Assembly: GCA_050013255.1 (NCBI GenBank)
Contig: JBEKFP010000001.1
Span: forward strand, 1,312,001 to 1,376,000
Length of the DNA stretch: 64,000 bases
Direction of reading: 5' to 3'
From: Candidatus Bathyarchaeia archaeon
GTDB lineage: Archaea > Thermoproteota > Bathyarchaeia > 40CM-2-53-6
The translations under genes were made by a program, and so were the position numbers. Positions within the stretch are counted from its first letter, which is position 1. The number at the start of each line of letters is the position of its first letter. Under the pieces are notes generated by a model. It was given only the letters and a program-made list of their open reading frames with translations. It was not told where the DNA came from and searched no databases. Shown here in pieces: positions 19,656-29,002 of the stretch.

Positions 19656-21344
19656 CTATCTGTAGATCGCCATGAACGCGTCCTCCGGATGCCTTACGAG
19701 ACTTCTTCTATTGTCTGTTAGCAATCTTGTTGTAGTAGATTCGACGAAATCCGAACTCTTGAAGACATTTTTGTAATCAAAGAAGTTGTTGTGTGCCGTT
19801 GTGTACTCTTCGAAGTATGCATTGATTTCTGGAACCAACAGCAGCCACAATTTGGCTATCGCTGGCTTCAGCCGCAGACCTTGATCCTTGACACAGGCGA
19901 TTGGATCCCGCATAAATTTCATTCCCAATTCATCCTCGTTTAGGACCTTAGCAACGAGGTGAAGAAAGAAGAAATGAGCGAGACCGTAGTTCTGGATTTG
20001 CGGATTGTCAAGGCTCGACATATTGTACAGTATCGTCTTGTAGATTAGATAGGCGAAGTAAATCTTCGCAGCTGTTGTGTGCCTGGAAAAAATGTCGCTG
20101 TACCGTTCTCCGAAAAGTCTAGCCTTCAAGTGCGTATTTTGAGGATTCCCAAGATAAAATGCCTCGATCAGCTGTGCTGCCAAATCTAACTCAATGACGT
20201 CGGAATATCCTGCTTCGGATTCTCCTCTCTTTCTCTTGTAGAGCACATGGTTCCCTGTAAGTTCACTGAACTCGGTTTGGATTGCTTTGTGGACCCTGTC
20301 ATCCGCCTTGAGATCTTGCAACCTTATGGGATTCTGGTTGTTAGTGTAGTATGTAATCTCATTAACGAGCGAAGATGTCTGTTCTAGCCGGATTATTTTC
20401 GCAAGTAAATGCATGTTGTTCGTGATTTTGTTTCTGTTCTCGTAAAGTGCGAGCATTGACTGACAACCGTTGATAACAGAGTAGTTTCCCAAAATCAATG
20501 TTGAACCATTTTGTTCTAAGCTATCGCAGACCAATGTTATCCCATTGTGAAAGAGGAAGAATTTATCGTGCTTGGAGGTGTCTTCGATAGTTTTCTTGAT
20601 GTCTCTGTTCACACGGGTTCTGCCCAAGCCATATCTCACATTTCGGTAGAACAGAGTCTTGTCTTGTATCCCGTTCAGTTTCATAAGCTCGAGTGCGGGG
20701 ATGGCGTAAACCCTTGTGATCATGCCGCCAGGCAAATCATATTGGATCTTGGTGACATTTGTTAACTGTAAAGGAGTTGAACCTGTGGCAATTTCTGTAT
20801 CTGCGAAGTAGGTGTACTCTTTGAAAATATTGGGGAGATCGTGGCCTATCATTGCTCCCTCGTTTATCTTGAGAAATTCTTTAGCATCGATATTGAATAC
20901 TTTGTTCGTTACAAAGTGTGTGTATACAGGATACCCGTCGGAGATTCGTTCGAATACCTTTGTTGCCCTCACTAAGGCTTTCAGTTCCTCACTCGCTGTG
21001 CCACTTAGGAGGGCGTCGATAGTGGTTACGCTATTGAACCATTGCTTGGCTCCTACGAAATTTCTTAGGTCATTGTCGCCTTGGTCCCTTGCGTAATCGG
21101 GTGAAAATTTTGCCTGAAATAAGTGTACTTCTTCTTCATCTTCATCTGCATAGATGCCGTCAATTCCTTTGTCATTGGAGCTATCACACACTGCCGCAAT
21201 CGCATCCTCTTCTTCCAACCTGAAGAAGTTGCGTAGATACCACATAAGAAAAGATGCGCTCTCGGTTCTTCCTTCAGAATAATACCGCTCGACCTCAGTA
21301 CGCATTCTACTGTCAAAGCCTGGTTGGTCCAATCGACAACTCAT
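19656..21344 (-). CDS. AIPR family protein (abortive-infection/restriction-associated)
   Basis: NDKGIDGI..FQAKF nuclease-like motif; NVRYGLG, FFLFHNGITL, INGCQ and TNNQN motifs. Confidence 0.9.
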   Translation of the reverse strand: MSCRLDQPGFDSRMRTEVERYYSEGRTESASFLMWYLRNFFRLEEEDAIAAVCDSSNDKGIDGIYADEDEEEVHLFQAKFSPDYARDQGDNDLRNFVGAKQWFNSVTTIDALLSGTASEELKALVRATKVFERISDGYPVYTHFVTNKVFNIDAKEFLKINEGAMIGHDLPNIFKEYTYFADTEIATGSTPLQLTNVTKIQYDLPGGMITRVYAIPALELMKLNGIQDKTLFYRNVRYGLGRTRVNRDIKKTIEDTSKHDKFFLFHNGITLVCDSLEQNGSTLILGNYSVINGCQSMLALYENRNKITNNMHLLAKIIRLEQTSSLVNEITYYTNNQNPIRLQDLKADDRVHKAIQTEFSELTGNHVLYKRKRGESEAGYSDVIELDLAAQLIEAFYLGNPQNTHLKARLFGERYSDIFSRHTTAAKIYFAYLIYKTILYNMSSLDNPQIQNYGLAHFFFLHLVAKVLNEDELGMKFMRDPIACVKDQGLRLKPAIAKLWLLLVPEINAYFEEYTTAHNNFFDYKNVFKSSDFVESTTTRLLTDNRRSLVRHPEDAFMAIYR

Positions 21345-21416
21345 CTCAGGAAGACGCGGTCTGATGTTTCATTTAGTACTTATGGAGTCGAAAACCAAGG
21401 GCTCCTTGTCGATCCG

Positions 21417-22640
21417 CTAGCCAGTATCTAGATGACCTAACTTCTCTCTAACCTTACGGCGAATCGTAAAAGAACTCCTGCCTCTGGCGTTCTTACGGAG
21501 GTAATGAAGAGTGCTCTTACCAATACCTAGCTCTGTCGCTTCCTTTTGAGTCAGCGAGAGAATTCTACGCCTGACCCCTATACCGTCCGACCTACTCAAA
21601 TCAACAAACGGCTGCGTGAAGTCGAGCAAACTTGCTTTTCCCACCAAGTGCCTGCTTAGCTCTGTAGCTTTGTGCTCGATAATCGTATCCCATTTGAACA
21701 CCTGCCCGTTGTACTTGACGCCGGAATTGAAGCGCTCTCTCAAAACATCAACAAACCTGATTTTCGCCGCCACATCAAAGTGATATCGATAATCGTCCCC
21801 TGTGAAATAGAAGCTTGGCAGATCTAGTATTCCTGACTCGAAAGCTTCGAACACTGAAGTGTCAATAAGCCATCGGAAAGGCTCCTCCAGGTCATAAACA
21901 AGTGACTGTTTGGTCTGATATGCACTGAATTCGTGCAAGAAGCCCGCAGATGGTTCAAGTCCGACAGTATTGATCGCACGTCTGCATTCCCCCTCCAAGA
22001 ATCCATAGCCGTAGTTCAATGCCAAGTTAACTGGATCAGACGCATTGTTCTGGTGGCTGGTAGTCATACGTCCATGAAAATCCAATGATTCTGGCAAAAC
22101 TTTGGCATACGCAAACCAATACTTTGTTGCTACACGTCCCTCAACTGAACGCAAATCCGCAACTGTGCGGGCGATACCAATCCGTGCGATTTCCTTCTTG
22201 GCAAGTTGCATCTCCTTTTCGATGTCGTAACGTTGTGCAAGCCAATCTAGCACCTGAAGACTTCGCGCAATCTTGGCCTGCACAATGCATTTCGCGATTG
22301 CATACTTCTTTGCAGGGTCTGCGCAGGCCCGGAACTGAGCCGCACGCAAATCAGCCTTAATGGGCATTGGCGGGAGAATACTCGAAATCAGGCTTCCGTC
22401 AAAGTTCAGTACGAAAACCGGAATCCGGTTCCGCGACAACCAGTGGAAAGCCTGCAGGGAAACGTATCCGCTATGCCCGTCTATGATTATGCTACTATGC
22501 CGGAACCGGCGCGGCCGGAATATGTACACGGATCCCGTCCGTCCATCTTCCCGGCCATCCGTAACCTCAAGCTCAGACCGGGACCGTAAATTCCGCACCC
22601 GGATCTTCACGCCCCAACCGGATAGGTGGAGTGGATTCAT
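21417..22640 (-). CDS. cas1: Stand-alone Cas1 endonuclease/integrase (casposase-like) with C-terminal HTH
   Basis: VEGRVA (Glu), NASDPVNLALNYGYG, GFLH (His), SLVYDLEEPFR; HTH-like ELGIGKSTLHY; no cas2, other cas genes or CRISPR array nearby. Confidence 0.93.
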   Translation of the reverse strand: MNPLHLSGWGVKIRVRNLRSRSELEVTDGREDGRTGSVYIFRPRRFRHSSIIIDGHSGYVSLQAFHWLSRNRIPVFVLNFDGSLISSILPPMPIKADLRAAQFRACADPAKKYAIAKCIVQAKIARSLQVLDWLAQRYDIEKEMQLAKKEIARIGIARTVADLRSVEGRVATKYWFAYAKVLPESLDFHGRMTTSHQNNASDPVNLALNYGYGFLEGECRRAINTVGLEPSAGFLHEFSAYQTKQSLVYDLEEPFRWLIDTSVFEAFESGILDLPSFYFTGDDYRYHFDVAAKIRFVDVLRERFNSGVKYNGQVFKWDTIIEHKATELSRHLVGKASLLDFTQPFVDLSRSDGIGVRRRILSLTQKEATELGIGKSTLHYLRKNARGRSSFTIRRKVREKLGHLDTG

Positions 22641-23641
22641 CTTTGATCCTCCAGATCAAGAGCGGATAATAATGCGTAGCTGTCTTCGCGAAGCCATCCT
22701 CGGATCTCATTGAAGATGTCCCCGCGTTCTGACCACAGCTTCTCCAACCTATCCAAATCAGCCCAAGGCTTGGCCATATGATTGAACACAATCTTCCGCC
22801 CTACCCCTGTGAGTCGATTGATGTGCTTTGACGCCCCACGCGATAGTCTCCACCACACTTGGAAATCTGCAGATCGAAGGAAATCCAAAACCTCTACAAC
22901 CAACCGCATGTAACGTTTCGCCAGCTCGGGGTTCGACCAAGCCAAATCAATGAGCTCCAATATACTCTGCTTCGATTGCGCGCGAGCTTTGACTGTCGCC
23001 TCCGCGTGGAAGTCAACGAAGTGAGCAAAGGCCTTGAGAATAGCTTCGCGAACAGGTGTTCGAGAAATCATTTCGTCCGCTTCAAGCAAACGCTGCGCCA
23101 GATCGTCTTCAGAAGCCTGCTCAATGTTGAGACCCTTGTGAGATAATTCTCTTAACACTGCGAGAAGTCGATTCTTTCCATCAATTGGTTGCAGAAACAG
23201 GACCAACATTGTCTGCGCCAAGTTTGCGTGTAAGACACAAGTTCTGATCAGTGAGGGAAAGGTCTTCGATTGAAGGATCTTGGGAAAGGCTGCACAAAGA
23301 ATAACACCTTTGTCGGTGAGAGTATAGCTGAACCTTTTGACTCGCTTCTCACTGGTTTCCTGCCTTCGACGAAGTAATCCAAGGTCATGGAGGAGCGGGA
23401 GCACTCTTCGTCTGGTTTCTCCTCCGACCTGATAGTCCTTCACGAGGAGGTAATTGTTGACCTTGCCATTTTCAGCCGCAACCAAAACAACTGCAAGAGT
23501 TGCATGGAGACCCTTCTTGACCATAGGGTCGTAGGCTGGGCTCCTGAAGTTCAGGCTAGGAAACAGCATGAGTAACTCAGGATCTGCCCGAGCCGCATCC
23601 TTCTGCATTCTTCTAAAATCTAGCTGAGCCTTTGTTCCCAT
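22637..23641 (-). CDS. Winged-HTH protein translationally coupled to cas1
   Basis: LHDLGLL...YTLTDKG wHTH wing signature; 4-bp ATGA overlap with cas1. Confidence 0.7.
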   Translation of the reverse strand: MGTKAQLDFRRMQKDAARADPELLMLFPSLNFRSPAYDPMVKKGLHATLAVVLVAAENGKVNNYLLVKDYQVGGETRRRVLPLLHDLGLLRRRQETSEKRVKRFSYTLTDKGVILCAAFPKILQSKTFPSLIRTCVLHANLAQTMLVLFLQPIDGKNRLLAVLRELSHKGLNIEQASEDDLAQRLLEADEMISRTPVREAILKAFAHFVDFHAEATVKARAQSKQSILELIDLAWSNPELAKRYMRLVVEVLDFLRSADFQVWWRLSRGASKHINRLTGVGRKIVFNHMAKPWADLDRLEKLWSERGDIFNEIRGWLREDSYALLSALDLEDQR

Positions 23642-23682
23642 TATACTGTCAGTCTCCTATGCTGTCAGTTGACAGTATACTG
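23642..23682. promoter_or_regulatory. Candidate operator in the divergent promoter region
   Basis: tatactgtca (23642-51) / tgacagtata (23670-79) inverted pair; ctgtca-gt-tgacag and cagtatactg palindromes. Confidence 0.45.
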
Positions 23683-23741
23683 CCCGTACTTCATGACATA
23701 AACTTCGCCTTTTGCTAGACTTCACGTGAGGTCAAGAGTAA

Positions 23742-24110
23742 ATGAAGATGGTTCGATCGTATAGTATGACTGTCAGCAACACATGGTATGACAAAGAGGC
23801 GGGGGGAGCGAAAGAATACGAGTTGCACTTTACCGTCGCAAGACGAGGCAGCATCAAGACAGTTCGTCGAAGGTTAGCCCGTAGAGGAGTTCCATACTTT
23901 CAAAACTACGTCTACGGCCGCGTGAAAAAGTGGATTCCTAGGAAGAATGTCAAAGTCCGCTTCGAGCGCGAGGAACCCGCTGCGAAAAGTGAAGGGAAGA
24001 TCAGCATCGAGGGTCGGAACATGTTGTTCCGGGGGAGGCGATGGTGGGCGTACCCACTCGGCAAGTTGCAGTTGAGCTACGCGAAAAGGAGGCGAAAACG
24101 AGGTGCGTAA
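23742..24110 (+). CDS. Basic hypothetical protein
   Basis: 122 aa, Arg/Lys-rich; overlaps the next ORF. Confidence 0.6.
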   Translation: MKMVRSYSMTVSNTWYDKEAGGAKEYELHFTVARRGSIKTVRRRLARRGVPYFQNYVYGRVKKWIPRKNVKVRFEREEPAAKSEGKISIEGRNMLFRGRRWWAYPLGKLQLSYAKRRRKRGA

Positions 24111-24468
24111 CGTAAACGTCCTAAAGGTCGATAAGGACTGCGTGGTACCGGAGAACTGGATTCAGGATTACATATCGGTAGTTTTGACCGTCTGCAAGTG
24201 GTTCGGAGTTTCGGTCATATCGATCGGGGCTTGCAAGAGTCGCATGAAGGGCCTTCACTTCTACATCGAAATAGCACCATCTGTCGAACCGGAAGTTGCC
24301 AACCGTCTTCAATGGCTCATAGGCGACGACTGCCAGCGCGTGGACTTCAACCGGGCCCGCATAGAATCAGGACTTGATTGTTGGAATAAATTGTTTGAAG
24401 TCGCCGGCAGAAGGTTGCGAACAATCTACGGAACCCAACAGCATTCGCTGAGAAACACCGCGTATTGA
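24103..24468 (+). CDS. Putative minimal AEP-superfamily primase-polymerase catalytic domain
   Basis: hhDxD (LKVDKD), SxxxGhH (SRMKGLHFY) and a distal Asp (GDD) in AEP motif order. Confidence 0.5.
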   Translation: MRNVNVLKVDKDCVVPENWIQDYISVVLTVCKWFGVSVISIGACKSRMKGLHFYIEIAPSVEPEVANRLQWLIGDDCQRVDFNRARIESGLDCWNKLFEVAGRRLRTIYGTQQHSLRNTAY

Positions 24469-24489
24469 CTGACAGGACTAGCGAGTCGT

Positions 24490-25611
24490 ATGAAGACTTC
24501 GAAGTCTCGTAACTCTCGTAACCTTAATGTCAAACCATCTAGACCTGGTGTGAACTTCAAGTTACGCAAATTACATGCCCCTGCGTCCAAGAAAAATTAC
24601 GCCGTCAGGCTTGAAGAGTATTACAACAAGAAGTTCGGGCAGGTAGTAACACCCGTCGCAATTCTGAAAACCCTCGCTGTAATCAGCTCCACCTTCAAGG
24701 GTAACGTTAAACTCTGGATTTTGAACGTCGCTCCCTCCCGGCATCTGAAAACCCAGACCACCCAAGAACAGGCTCAAATCTTTCCGAAGGGCAAGGTCGT
24801 TTACCTCGGATCAGACTTCACGATTCACGGACTCATACGAGACTATGATTCAGGACGCGAGATCAACAACAAGTGCCTTCTCATAAATGACATGACCCTG
24901 TTGCTCGCGAGTAAAGCAAAGCAGACGAAAGCTAGGTTGATCGATGCTTTATCGGAGCTTGCGAGTGAAGGAAAATACATCTATTCAGATTTCCAACACA
25001 CCTATGAAGTCAAGGCCCGCTTTGGTTTCATCGCGAACATTACTCCTCACTCGTTTCTGGTGAACCGGAACAACATGCTCGGCAACACCTTCACTGAACG
25101 CTGCCTAGTAGTGTACCATTGGTTAACAGATGCAGAGATGAGTGAAGGAAATCTTTCGCGGGCAAACCGGACGAGCATGCGAATAGAACGGTTCAAGCAG
25201 ACGATTACGGAAGCTGAGGTCAAAGTGACAGATGAGGACCTAGTGCGATTCGACGAGTACGCAAAGCGATGGCGAATCTTGGGCAGTTACTCAAGTTCAA
25301 GCAGCCTCTTCGACATGATTAAGTCGATGGCAACTGCGCATGCCATTCTAAGCGGTCGCAAGAAAATCACTCACAGCGTGTACAGATTCCTCGATATGAT
25401 TGAGCCTTACTTGAGGAACCCGAGCGAGAATGTGAAGTTGAAGATTCTTGAGCTTGCGCATCAGGGAAGGTCCATTCGCGATATTTGTAATATCCTTGAC
25501 AAGAAGTACGAGAAGTACCGCCCATTCGTTTCAAAGGTAATCTGGCAGTACCGCAAGAGAGGCGTGTTGTCCCCAAACACCTTCGAGAAAAAGGAACTTT
25601 TCGATAGATAG
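24490..25611 (+). CDS. AAA+/MCM-like ATPase domain with C-terminal HTH (divergent P-loop)
   Basis: VAPSRHLKT Walker-A-like, CLLIND Walker-B-like, SEGK, ERCL Arg-finger-like, GRSIRDIC HTH. Confidence 0.5.
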   Translation: MKTSKSRNSRNLNVKPSRPGVNFKLRKLHAPASKKNYAVRLEEYYNKKFGQVVTPVAILKTLAVISSTFKGNVKLWILNVAPSRHLKTQTTQEQAQIFPKGKVVYLGSDFTIHGLIRDYDSGREINNKCLLINDMTLLLASKAKQTKARLIDALSELASEGKYIYSDFQHTYEVKARFGFIANITPHSFLVNRNNMLGNTFTERCLVVYHWLTDAEMSEGNLSRANRTSMRIERFKQTITEAEVKVTDEDLVRFDEYAKRWRILGSYSSSSSLFDMIKSMATAHAILSGRKKITHSVYRFLDMIEPYLRNPSENVKLKILELAHQGRSIRDICNILDKKYEKYRPFVSKVIWQYRKRGVLSPNTFEKKELFDR

Positions 25612-25781
25612 AAAGGCGATAAGGAACTGAACGAAAATGTAGATTGAAAGTACCGTTGCGCGATATCCAACCAAATTCTGCGTAGTTACCCAATTTTCGC
25701 GCAATGAAATTTAATGTATCATTAATAGGACATAAACTTAAAGCGTGCTTTAGCATAACGTATAAGGAGAATTAAACCGAT

Positions 25782-26825
25782 ATGCGATATGTTCTAGACG
25801 TTCCAACAACGCTCGCCGATGAAATCAACAGACTGGTCGCGGCTGGCAAATACAAGACTCCACAAGACTTCATGCTACTTGGCATTCAAAATCAAGTGTA
25901 TCTCGAAACACAGTCAATCGAGTCGGAATCCGTTTCCGCCCAATCTCTAAGAGTGCACCCAAAACCGATCATGGGACCAGTTGATGCTGATGAATTTCTG
26001 TCCATGAACATCGATGGTGTGAAAACTGTTGAACTTAGCGAGCTGAAAAGGCAAGACGTTCTTTGGGGTCAGTACAACAGATTCTTGCCTGTCAAGATCG
26101 TAGTAAGAGTCGCGGCAAACCTTCTCAGAAGAAATGCGTCAGAGTATGTGTTGCTCTCCGATGTTCATGAAATAGCTGCGGCGACGGCTCGTCGCCTTGG
26201 CAAAGAAACTGCTAGAAATGATAAGCTGCTCGGACACAAAAGGGGCACAATAATATCCGCAGGATTGCCAATGGGCAAGGAGGACAAGTCGGCATCTCGA
26301 TTCAAGTATCAATTCGTTGGCTATGCTACTGCAGATAAGATGGAAGGTGCCGCACCTGTCCTGAAGTTTGTCGATATCACAAAGAAGGAGGGCACGGTTC
26401 TTCTAGGAATCACGGATTACGGGTTGAAGTTTGCTTCGTTTAGCAATCCTGTCATCGACAACCATGACTTCTCCTCTCCTATGTCTGAAGAGGAAGTGAA
26501 TTTTCTCCTCAATCACATTGCTCTCCAGGTCCCGGGCGAAGCAAGGCTCATCCACTTCATTCTTGATAGCGTGAACAAAGGACGCAAGACTCCTGAAGCA
26601 TTGAACGATAATATTAGGGCTGAATACGGGACGGTCTGGAAGGGCAAGAATGAACAAGCAACGATGCGATCTGGTGCAGTGAGCCGAATGAGTGAACTTG
26701 GTCTTCTCAAACGCGAGAAGGACGGAGTCAAGGTCACATATCTATTGACAGAGCGTGGGCGACAGTATCTGAATCGTCTTAAGGAGACCGGAGCTCCGAA
26801 GGTGGAGATCAAGCAATGGCCGTAA
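25782..26825 (+). CDS. DNA-binding protein with N-terminal ribbon-helix-helix and C-terminal wHTH
   Basis: MRYVLDVP..LVAAGKYKT RHH-like start; SRMSELGLL...YLLTERG. Confidence 0.6.
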   Translation: MRYVLDVPTTLADEINRLVAAGKYKTPQDFMLLGIQNQVYLETQSIESESVSAQSLRVHPKPIMGPVDADEFLSMNIDGVKTVELSELKRQDVLWGQYNRFLPVKIVVRVAANLLRRNASEYVLLSDVHEIAAATARRLGKETARNDKLLGHKRGTIISAGLPMGKEDKSASRFKYQFVGYATADKMEGAAPVLKFVDITKKEGTVLLGITDYGLKFASFSNPVIDNHDFSSPMSEEEVNFLLNHIALQVPGEARLIHFILDSVNKGRKTPEALNDNIRAEYGTVWKGKNEQATMRSGAVSRMSELGLLKREKDGVKVTYLLTERGRQYLNRLKETGAPKVEIKQWP

Positions 26826-27928
26826 GCCTGACTGCTTGTTCTTGCTCGTCCTCCTTTGACCTGATGATTTGTGCAAAGTGTGGAGGAACGCTATCAACCA
26901 ACACAATGCTTTCGAGACTTGACGATGGAACGCTACAATGGTTTTCTGAACTCGATTCAGACGGGCGACTTTCCTTTGCGCTTGCGAATTATGCGTCAAT
27001 CGATCGGCAAATCCGTCGAGGAATCCCAGCGACTACCATGCTTCAGACTCTGAAGGATACTATTTCCGGGCCAGGTGGCTTAACGGAAGAGATCGAAAAC
27101 AAGATCACCAAGAGATTCGAGGAGCTGCGTTGCGAGAACGAGAACTCCACAAAGCTTCTCAGGGAAATAGTAGTGGAGCAAGTGGGCGCAATCGTTGGAG
27201 AAATCAAGGGGTTAGTCGAACAGGGCAAATCCATTACAGACATCGAATCAAGGGTCAGGGAGGCGACGGGAGCTCTTCAGACGTATCTGACAGCTATTCG
27301 CATTCCTGCGCTTAAGGGGGAGGAGGGAGAGGTAAATGCGATTCGAGACCTTCAAGAGGCATTCATCGGACAGACATGTTTCAAGGTGGAGCCGATCGGT
27401 GGAGCTGATGCAACTGATGCAATCATCCACTTTCACCAAGCAGGAATCGAAATCGGCAGCTGCCTCGTGGAAGTGAAGTCCAGAAATAGTTGGAGCAATG
27501 ATTTTGTCGAGCAAGTCAGAGCCGATATGAAACGTTACGACGTTGCGCTGGCGATACTCGCTACCAACAAACTCCCAAAGTCCGCGAAAGGTAGAGGTTT
27601 TCGAGTCGACGGTGATTTCGGCCTGGTGGTTATCGCAAGCTCCGAGATGATCGTCCCAACCGTGAGCATGTATTACGAGATCTCTCTATCTACTCACAAT
27701 ATCCACAAGCACAACCTCGATCTAAAGTCAATAGCCGCCAATCGAGACCTGAGCTTCTATCTTAATGACAACATGAAGATACTCGCGATCTGCAAGCAAA
27801 TCTCCGATGCAACAGATGACTCAGCCCGCATAATCAAAGGGCATTTAGTGGACATCAGTTCGAGGCTACGAGAAAACAACGGTAAGATCGCATGCATACT
27901 GTCGGCCTCTACACGGGAGAGTCACTGA
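26816..27928 (+). CDS. Coiled-coil plus PD-(D/E)xK nuclease-like protein (RmuC/DUF2130-like)
   Basis: KGEEGE, D, VEVK motifs following a coiled coil. Confidence 0.65.
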   Translation: MAVSLTACSCSSSFDLMICAKCGGTLSTNTMLSRLDDGTLQWFSELDSDGRLSFALANYASIDRQIRRGIPATTMLQTLKDTISGPGGLTEEIENKITKRFEELRCENENSTKLLREIVVEQVGAIVGEIKGLVEQGKSITDIESRVREATGALQTYLTAIRIPALKGEEGEVNAIRDLQEAFIGQTCFKVEPIGGADATDAIIHFHQAGIEIGSCLVEVKSRNSWSNDFVEQVRADMKRYDVALAILATNKLPKSAKGRGFRVDGDFGLVVIASSEMIVPTVSMYYEISLSTHNIHKHNLDLKSIAANRDLSFYLNDNMKILAICKQISDATDDSARIIKGHLVDISSRLRENNGKIACILSASTRESH

Positions 27929-27932
27929 TCAA

Positions 27933-28304
27933 ATGAATCGGAAAACAACAGTAACAGGCAACGTTCCTAATGGTAACCCCTTTGAAAAGGGCCGTAGATT
28001 CGAATACAGGACAAGAAGTCACCTTTCGCGCCTCGGATGGTTTGTTATCAGGCAACCTCGCTCTGCATCACCCGATCTACTCGCTTTGAGAAAGGGCATT
28101 ATCTTGTTAGTCGAATGCAAAATCCGCGGATACATACCTCCGAAACAGCGCCGACGCATGATGCGATTGACGAAGAGCAACCCCGGCGCTAAAGCAGTGC
28201 TCGCAATGAAAAGCGAAAACGGACTTCTTTTTCGGGAATTATCACGTCGGTCATCAAGATATGATAAGCCGTTTGACCCCGATCCGGGGAAAACGTTAGC
28301 GTAA
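27933..28304 (+). CDS. Archaeal Holliday-junction-resolvase-like (Hjc) PD-(D/E)xK nuclease
   Basis: KGRRFE, GWFVIR, SPDLLA, VECK. Confidence 0.8.
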   Translation: MNRKTTVTGNVPNGNPFEKGRRFEYRTRSHLSRLGWFVIRQPRSASPDLLALRKGIILLVECKIRGYIPPKQRRRMMRLTKSNPGAKAVLAMKSENGLLFRELSRRSSRYDKPFDPDPGKTLA

Positions 28305-28321
28305 CTAGATGTGAAAAGGAA

Positions 28322-28999
28322 TTGGGACAGGCACCACCAGAAAGATCCGTGGCTAAGGAAGCTGCGCTTCGAAAAGTCTGTAAGCCTTTCGGATGGGAGA
28401 AGTACCAAAATATCGATTTAAACAGGTTAGCAGCTTACGCAATTCATATGCTCGCACGCAAAAGCGTCCTTGTGACTTTCGAGAATGTTGTTGTCGCGCT
28501 CTTTATCATGTTCCCTAGGAAATTCTGTTTGCCAGTCTACGAACACTACCCAGACTCAAGTCGGGTAAACCGAGCTCTTCTGCAATTGCGTCCCAAGTAT
28601 CGAAATTGGGCAACCGGGTCCCCGGTGAGGGGATTCAAGCTCACATCAACTGGAATTGCTATAGCTGAGGATACAGCGAAAGCTCTAACGAATCCTGCTC
28701 CCTTATCTAAGGAACCTCCCCGCATGATAAAGCCCCGAACGTTCTCTCCACAACTTGAGATTGAAAATCGGGTGCTTAATCGTGAAATCTTTTCTAAGTA
28801 CGACAAGAATCAAGTAGACCAAATAGATGGTATGGAAGTTCTCGAGCTCCTTCGAGCGGTGCCTCACACACCTCCCAACATACTGAGAGGTCATCTCCGT
28901 GAACTTGAGAACATAGCCAAGGAAGCGCACAGCACAACAGCACTGGAGTTTCTCAGGTTCTTGCGACACCAATTCTCGTCTCTATTCGAGGAGAGTTGA
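28322..28999 (+). CDS. Hypothetical protein with wHTH-like region
   Basis: YPDSSRVNRAL...FKLTSTG; operonic spacing. Confidence 0.6.
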   Translation: MGQAPPERSVAKEAALRKVCKPFGWEKYQNIDLNRLAAYAIHMLARKSVLVTFENVVVALFIMFPRKFCLPVYEHYPDSSRVNRALLQLRPKYRNWATGSPVRGFKLTSTGIAIAEDTAKALTNPAPLSKEPPRMIKPRTFSPQLEIENRVLNREIFSKYDKNQVDQIDGMEVLELLRAVPHTPPNILRGHLRELENIAKEAHSTTALEFLRFLRHQFSSLFEES

Positions 29000-29002
29000 A
29001 AG

